Of a stretch of DNA of 14,827 bases, positions 10,410 to 14,827 are shown one piece after another. The translations under genes were made by a program, and so were the position numbers. This DNA is from Nautiliaceae bacterium (GTDB taxonomy: Bacteria; Campylobacterota; Campylobacteria; Campylobacterales; Nautiliaceae): positions 1 through 14,827 of the forward strand of contig JBDONT010000018.1 in assembly GCA_039831155.1 (NCBI GenBank). Direction: 5' to 3'. How positions within the stretch are numbered: the stretch's first letter is position 1; each line of letters opens with the position of its first letter. Under the pieces are notes generated by a model. That model was not told where the DNA came from and did no database searches. It worked only from the letters and a program-made list of their open reading frames with translations.

Positions 10410-11132
10410 ATGAAATTCAATTCTAAAGATTTTCAAAATTCTACGTATTTAAACGAAAATTTCGGTTACCAGGAAAACGTAATTATCGATATTAACGCTT
10501 TTGTAAAAAAGACTTATCAGCTTTTAGCCGGGTCTTTAATTGCCGGGGCTGTAGGTGCTTATGTTGGAATGGGATTTGTTACTCATATGATAAATCTCCA
10601 AACTGGTAGTCTTAATTTTATGTATTGGGGTGCTGTTATTTTAGAGTTTATTTTGCTTTTCGGATTGTTTGCCGCAAAAAATAAAACACCTTTAAATTTA
10701 GTGTTACTTTTTGCTTTTACGTTTATGACGGGATTTACTTTATCACCTACATTAGCCGTATTTATCGCTAAAAGTATGGGGTATGTAATAGGTGAGGCTT
10801 TCGGACTGACGGCAGTAGCTTTTATAGCATTGACTATTTTTGCTATGAACACCAAAAAAGATTTCACTACAATGGGAAAAATTTTATTTATTTCTTTAAT
10901 TGTTATAGTTGTTGCCGGTTTGATAAATATCTTTTTACATCTCCCTTGGCTTCAACTTATAATTGCCAGCGTTTCTGCTATTTTATTTAGCTTTTTTATT
11001 TTATACGATACTCAAAATATTATTCAAGGTAACGTTACAAGCGAAATAGAAGCTGCCGTTTCTTTATATCTTGATTTCTTGAATCTTTTTGTTTCTTTAC
11101 TTCAAATTTTAGGATTTTTAAATGAGGAGTAA
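10410..11132 (+). CDS. Bax inhibitor-1/YccA family membrane protein
   Basis: About seven hydrophobic segments; FVKKTYQLL, LFAFTF.TG.TL.P, KDF..MG..LF, ILYDTQNII, A.SLYLDFLNLF.SLL. SD AGGAGG; TATAAT at 10379-10384. Confidence 0.93.
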   Translation: MKFNSKDFQNSTYLNENFGYQENVIIDINAFVKKTYQLLAGSLIAGAVGAYVGMGFVTHMINLQTGSLNFMYWGAVILEFILLFGLFAAKNKTPLNLVLLFAFTFMTGFTLSPTLAVFIAKSMGYVIGEAFGLTAVAFIALTIFAMNTKKDFTTMGKILFISLIVIVVAGLINIFLHLPWLQLIIASVSAILFSFFILYDTQNIIQGNVTSEIEAAVSLYLDFLNLFVSLLQILGFLNEE

Positions 11133-11520
11133 CTCCTCTTTTTTTAGAACAATAGATGCTAATATGAACCGTTTAAAAGAGGGTATAAGAGTTGTAGAAG
11201 ATATTTTAAGATACGAATACAACTCTCCTTTTAGTAAAGAACTAAAAGATTTAAGACATCAGGTAAGAGATGATGAGTATGAAGATATTGTTCTTGCCAG
11301 GGATGTAAATAAGGATATCTTAAAAAAAACTATTCCCAGCGAAGAAAAAAGAAAAGACCTAAAAGATGTCATAATAGCCAATTTAAAACGTGCTCAAGAG
11401 AGTGCTAGAGTTTTAGAAGAACTCAACAAATTTAGGGGTAAAGGCGAAAAATATAAAAAAATAAGATATGCTCTTTACGCTTTGGAAAAAGAGATAATAA
11501 GCTTTTTGAAATCTTCTTAA
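11122..11520 (+). CDS. Stand-alone ThiD2-family protein (HMP-phosphate kinase; often auto-annotated as thiamine-phosphate pyrophosphorylase)
   Basis: RTIDANMNRLKEGIRVVED, KDLRH, RDVNKD, ANLKRAQESARVLEE and RY.LY.LEK match the ThiD2 / ThiE N-terminal helical domain. Overlaps the upstream gene by 11 nt. Confidence 0.8.
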   Translation: MRSNSSFFRTIDANMNRLKEGIRVVEDILRYEYNSPFSKELKDLRHQVRDDEYEDIVLARDVNKDILKKTIPSEEKRKDLKDVIIANLKRAQESARVLEELNKFRGKGEKYKKIRYALYALEKEIISFLKSS

Positions 11521-11523
11521 ATT

Positions 11524-11838
11524 TTCCGTTTTGTACGAAAACTGCGAAGGAAGTAAAATCAGAGAATTAAAGTTACGTAATTATAGGTATTTTGAGTTTT
11601 AAAAATACGAAGTTGTGTGTTCCAATAGGATTGTATTTTTATTTTTGATACAATAATTGTATGTATTTACATATCCGAAAGAAGAAAAATCCAAATGGCA
11701 GTGTCAGTGTTCAGATAATTGACAGAAAAAACAGAGGATACAAAGTAGTAGAGACTATTGACTATACTAAAAATAATATAGAGTTGGAATTATTAATCTC
11801 CAAAGTCAAAGATAGATTAAAAGAACTGCAATTTATTT
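11524..11838 (+). mobile_element. Left-end remnant of an IS1634-like element (left boundary approximate)
   Basis: About 140 nt of non-coding, palindrome-rich DNA between the ThiD2 stop and the transposase stub. No matching right end is visible. Confidence 0.45.
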
Positions 11839-11840
11839 AG
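11661..11840 (+). pseudogene. Truncated IS1634-family transposase N-terminus (59 aa, absent from the ORF track)
   Basis: Manual translation MYLHIRKKKNPNGSVSVQIIDRKNRGYKVVETIDYTKNNIELELLISKVKDRLKELQFI* resembles the IS1634 transposase N-terminal pattern (IRKKKN.SG..SVQII....G.YKVV.TIG). The TAG stop is formed at the junction with the inverted-repeat element. Confidence 0.72.
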
Positions 11841-11899
11841 AGACATACCCAAAATTTTTTGCTATAATATCACAGACATAAAATTTTGGGTATGTCTCT
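11839..11899. mobile_element. Miniature inverted-repeat element (internally deleted IS, IS5-like ends)
   Basis: Perfect 20-bp inverted repeat AGAGACATACCCAAAATTTT (11839-11858) / AAAATTTTGGGTATGTCTCT (11880-11899) around a 21-nt spacer containing TGCTATAAT. It separates two truncated genes. Confidence 0.65.
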
Positions 11900-13195
11900 C
11901 TATAACTGGTTTTAAATTTTATTTTTTGCCAAAACTCTTCAAATTTAGCAAAATTACTATTTGGAGTAAGTTTCTCTAATTTAACATTTTTGGCTTTTTC
12001 ATCTTCAATTACATTTTTTAACACACTTGAAGCATCTATTTTTTGTACTAATTTAATGATATCTTCTTTATAATCTTTAAATTCATCAGAAAGTTTAAAT
12101 TCGTTTTTTTCTATATCTTCAAAAATTTTTGCATACTCTCCTTTTGTATCAGGCGCGTCATAATCACGATATTTTTTAACCTCATCATTATCAGAAAGTT
12201 CATATAGATTATCACCTTCTTTTACTATTTTTAATACCTTTTTAACTCCACTTTTTTGTTTTACTTCAAATTCTATTCTTGCTCTTGGATATGTTTTATC
12301 ACTCAGTATTATTTCATCAAGATACAAATATCCAGTAGTTGCTGTTGTGTTTTTAATCTCTATTCCTTTTACGCTTATTTTTTTAACAAGCTTTTTGTTA
12401 AAAGCGTCAATTGCGTCAAGTTTATATACTTGATTGTATAAGTTTTTATGAGTAGCCGAATATCTCAAAATAAAAAGTGGTGCAAATTCTTTTATCATTT
12501 TTTCATCAGTCCAAATTTTTGAGGTTCATCAATTATAAGAATAGGTCTGGTTGATTTTATAACATCAATAGGTTTATTTGAATTCATAAGGTCAAGTTCT
12601 TCATATATTTTTCTTGCTTCTTTACTTCTTGTAGAAAAAGCTTGTTTGTTTATAATCATCACCCAAATATCTTGAGATTCAGCAAAATTTTTTATATTTG
12701 TTAGATTACTTGATTTTTTTGTATCATATATGAAGAATCTAAGTTTTTTATTATAAAGTTCCTTGAAATGCTCTTGTGTTATTTCCAAACTTTTATGCAC
12801 TCCCTCACGAATTGCGACACTTGGCACCATTATGATAAATTTAGAAAACCCATATCTTTTGTTAAGCTCAAATATTGTCCCCGTATATACATAAGTTTTC
12901 CCCGTTCCGGTTTCCATCTCAACGGTAAAATTAAGCCCTTCTAGTTTTTTTAAAGGTTTAAGGGAATTTCTTTTTTGCACTTTTCTTAGATTTTCTAAAA
13001 TTTCATCATCACTTAGTTTTAATTTCGGATTTGCAAAAGTGTTATAAATTATTTCTTCTTCTATCAGCCCGTTTTTAACAACTTCCCTATCAAATAAATT
13101 TTTGATAAGCTCTTTTTTGGCTGACCTTCAAATATATCACAAACGCTATTCACTGCATCTATTTGATATTGTTGCTCTTTAAATTTTAGTTTCAT
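11899..13195 (-). pseudogene. res: Type III restriction endonuclease Res subunit; frameshifted, internally deleted and 3'-truncated
   Basis: ATG at 13195 gives MKLKFKEQQYQIDAVNSVCDIFEGQP. A frameshift near the T6 run (13113-13118) leads into the frame with NFTVEMETGTGKT, KFII.VPSVAIREGV and IIDEPQK. A second frameshift near 12510 leads into PLFILRYSATH, YKLDAIDAFNKKLVKKI.V, DEVKKYRDYD. The reading frame then runs into the inverted repeat at 11899. Confidence 0.9.
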
Positions 13196-13215
13196 TTTTT
13201 TGTGCCTTTATATGT

Positions 13216-13971
13216 TTAAAAAATTCTAACAACATATGTAAAATCACTATTACCTAAAATATTATATAATCCACTTGAAAGAATTATTTCATACTTTATG
13301 TTATTATCCTTAAAAATTTTTATATATCTATCGTGATCATTTAAATTATTATGCTCAAAGTTAAGTAAAAAATTTGAAAAAAAATTTATTCTTTGCATTA
13401 TTCTATTATTCTCTTGAGTTATTCTACTATTATTATGATTATTATACTTTTCTCTTATACAAAAAATTTTAAATTGAACATTACTTGAAGATATAAATTG
13501 ATTAATTATATTTACTGAATTATGCCTCGTATCTATATTTTGATAATCTCCATTATCACAAAATAAATACTTATCATAAATTTCAATATAGTTTCCTTCT
13601 TTCATTAAACATTTTATATGCTCTAAAACTTTTTCTTTACTACTATTGCTTGGATAAGTTGCTGTATAATTTGACTCAAATTCATCATTATTTATATTGA
13701 TATATGGATAATCTGATTTAACTTTAGATAAAATTAATTTCAATTTTACTTTTTTTGTCAATTCAAATTCATCTTCTGCATCGATACTTTTTATTATTCC
13801 ACCTGATTGTTTAATTCCTCTTATATCTAGCTTTAATTGAAAACTACCTATTCTAATAGGAGGTTGAATGTATTTTAGTAGCTTCAAAAGCTCATTATCA
13901 TATGTAACAGGTTGCTTTGTTATGAAAATATTCACCACATCTTTTAATAAAGTATTATCCACTGCAATCAT
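13216..13971 (-). CDS. Hypothetical protein, candidate Menshen NsnC-like partner with PLD-like (MIT_C-type) C-terminal motifs
   Basis: Intact 251-aa ORF whose ATG directly abuts the ATPase stop (TAAATG). The C-terminal half has IEIYDKY ... HDRYI ... IILSSGL. The ORF is well supported; the function is inference. Confidence 0.6.
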   Translation of the reverse strand: MIAVDNTLLKDVVNIFITKQPVTYDNELLKLLKYIQPPIRIGSFQLKLDIRGIKQSGGIIKSIDAEDEFELTKKVKLKLILSKVKSDYPYININNDEFESNYTATYPSNSSKEKVLEHIKCLMKEGNYIEIYDKYLFCDNGDYQNIDTRHNSVNIINQFISSSNVQFKIFCIREKYNNHNNSRITQENNRIMQRINFFSNFLLNFEHNNLNDHDRYIKIFKDNNIKYEIILSSGLYNILGNSDFTYVVRIF

Positions 13972-14625
13972 TTAATATCCATTTATTTCAAAAATTTCTT
14001 TTAATGTAGCATCAAAAAAACCTTCCGGAAATTGCATTTCTTTCCCTTTTTTATTTACAAAATTACCTTTTTTATTAAAATATAGAGTTGTTTTTTTATA
14101 AGGTAAAGAAAAATAATGAATAACTACATCATCTTTAGATAAGTTACCTTTAAATACTTCATAGGCAATTTTGTTTAAAATATGATCATTATGAGTTTCA
14201 ATAATAAGTTGAATCCCTTTACTTGCTATAAAAGCAAAAAATTCACCAAGTTTTGCTTGAGACTTTGGATGAAGATGAATTTCTGGATTTTCAATAATTA
14301 TAACATTATCTTTTTTAGCGGATAAACATATAACTAAAATAGAAAATAAATGACTAAGTCCTGTTCCAAGATTTTCAGGCAAAAACTCATCATTATGGAT
14401 TTTAAAAACATTTTTTACTAAAGTAGGGGTTATCTTATTAATTTCAATATTTAAGTCATTAATGTTTGTTATATAACTCATCCAATAATTAACTTGTGAT
14501 TCTAATGTTAAACTTGAATTATCTTTAATTAAATAATCTTCAATAGGTTCTCTTTTATGATGATAGAAATAATTTGAAGTTAAATCACCATATATCCCCA
14601 AAAATCTATCTTTTAAACTCTCATT
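13972..14625 (-). pseudogene. C-terminal part of a DUF3696/AAA_15-type ABC-like ATPase (Menshen NsnB-like), interrupted by IS3
   Basis: Signature-like ENLGTGLSHLFSIL, Walker B/D-loop IIIENPEIHLHPKSQ, H-loop IIETHNDH, C-terminal FPEGFFD. No Walker A. The frame is open only back to 14625, where the IS end begins. Confidence 0.82.
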
Positions 14626-14626
14626 T

Positions 14627-14827
14627 TATTCTACCCCAAAAGTCAAGACAATTTTTGAAAAAAATTAATTCCCTTTGCATATTAAGCTACTTTTCTAAAT
14701 ATTTTAATATTTTGATTTTCAGGTTTATTGTTTTTTAACCACTCATTATACACCTCCATCGGTTTTTTATAATCCAATGTTTGATGAAATCTTTGATAAT
14801 TGTAAAAATTGATATAACCTCTTATAT
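14627..14827 (-). mobile_element. IS3-family insertion sequence, right end (partial)
   Basis: Transposase C-terminus followed on the minus strand by TTGTCTTGACTTTTGGGGTAGAATA, an IS3-type right-end sequence with an outward TTGACT, abutting ATPase coding sequence. Confidence 0.8.
14682..14825 (-). CDS. IS3-family transposase OrfB C-terminus (partial, runs off the window)
   Basis: Manual translation IRGYINFYNYQRFHQTLDYKKPMEVYNEWLKNNKPENQNIKIFRKVA* contains the YIxFYNxxRxHxxLxYxxP motif of IS3 integrase-core C-termini. Confidence 0.88.
   Translation of the reverse strand: MRGYINFYNYQRFHQTLDYKKPMEVYNEWLKNNKPENQNIKIFRKVA

Noticed and set aside
11839..11899. CRISPR repeat or ordinary terminator
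   Set aside because: The repeats are inverted rather than direct, there is one unit and no cas genes. The long perfect arms, promoter-bearing loop and position at a double truncation fit IS ends better.
10583..12441. ORFs 10583-10867 (-) and 12256-12441 (+)
   Set aside because: Antisense to the BI-1 gene and the res pseudogene respectively; no independent support.
11833..12980. ORFs 12495-12980 and 11833-12498 as two real coupled genes (ATGA overlap)
   Set aside because: They are consecutive parts of one Res helicase domain, split just after the DEPQ motif, and other lesions show the gene is dead.
13113..13118. Phase-variable or programmed frameshift switch in res
   Set aside because: The run is only 6 nt, and restoring it could not repair the second frameshift, the deletions or the truncation.
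14623..14646. Hybrid promoter from the IS3 outward -35 (TTGACT) driving the truncated ATPase
   Set aside because: The nearest -10-like hexamers (TAGAAT, TAAAAT) are 7 and 12 nt away, not about 17.

Overview
AT-rich Campylobacterota DNA; the gene set and composition suggest a Nautiliales-like organism (inference). The window begins in the 3' end of a 5S rRNA gene and ends inside an IS3-family transposase, so it is probably a whole contig bounded by repeats. Bases 1-11520 are core-like: 5S rRNA end, ilvD, a membrane sensor-GGDEF diguanylate cyclase, an alpha/beta hydrolase, thiG, an ODP (di-iron MBL-fold)-GGDEF cyclase, serS, pflB, a YccA/BI-1 protein and a stand-alone ThiD2. Bases 11521-14827 are a decaying defence island the ORF track only partly shows. 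It holds a 59-aa IS1634-like transposase stub, a ~60-bp MITE-like element (perfect 20-bp inverted repeats around an extended -10 box), and a multiply broken type III restriction (res) gene. It also holds a Menshen-like pair (DUF3696 ATPase cut by an IS3 insertion, plus an intact 251-aa putative PLD-like/nuclease partner) and the IS3 right end. Family calls rest on motif recognition, not database searches.
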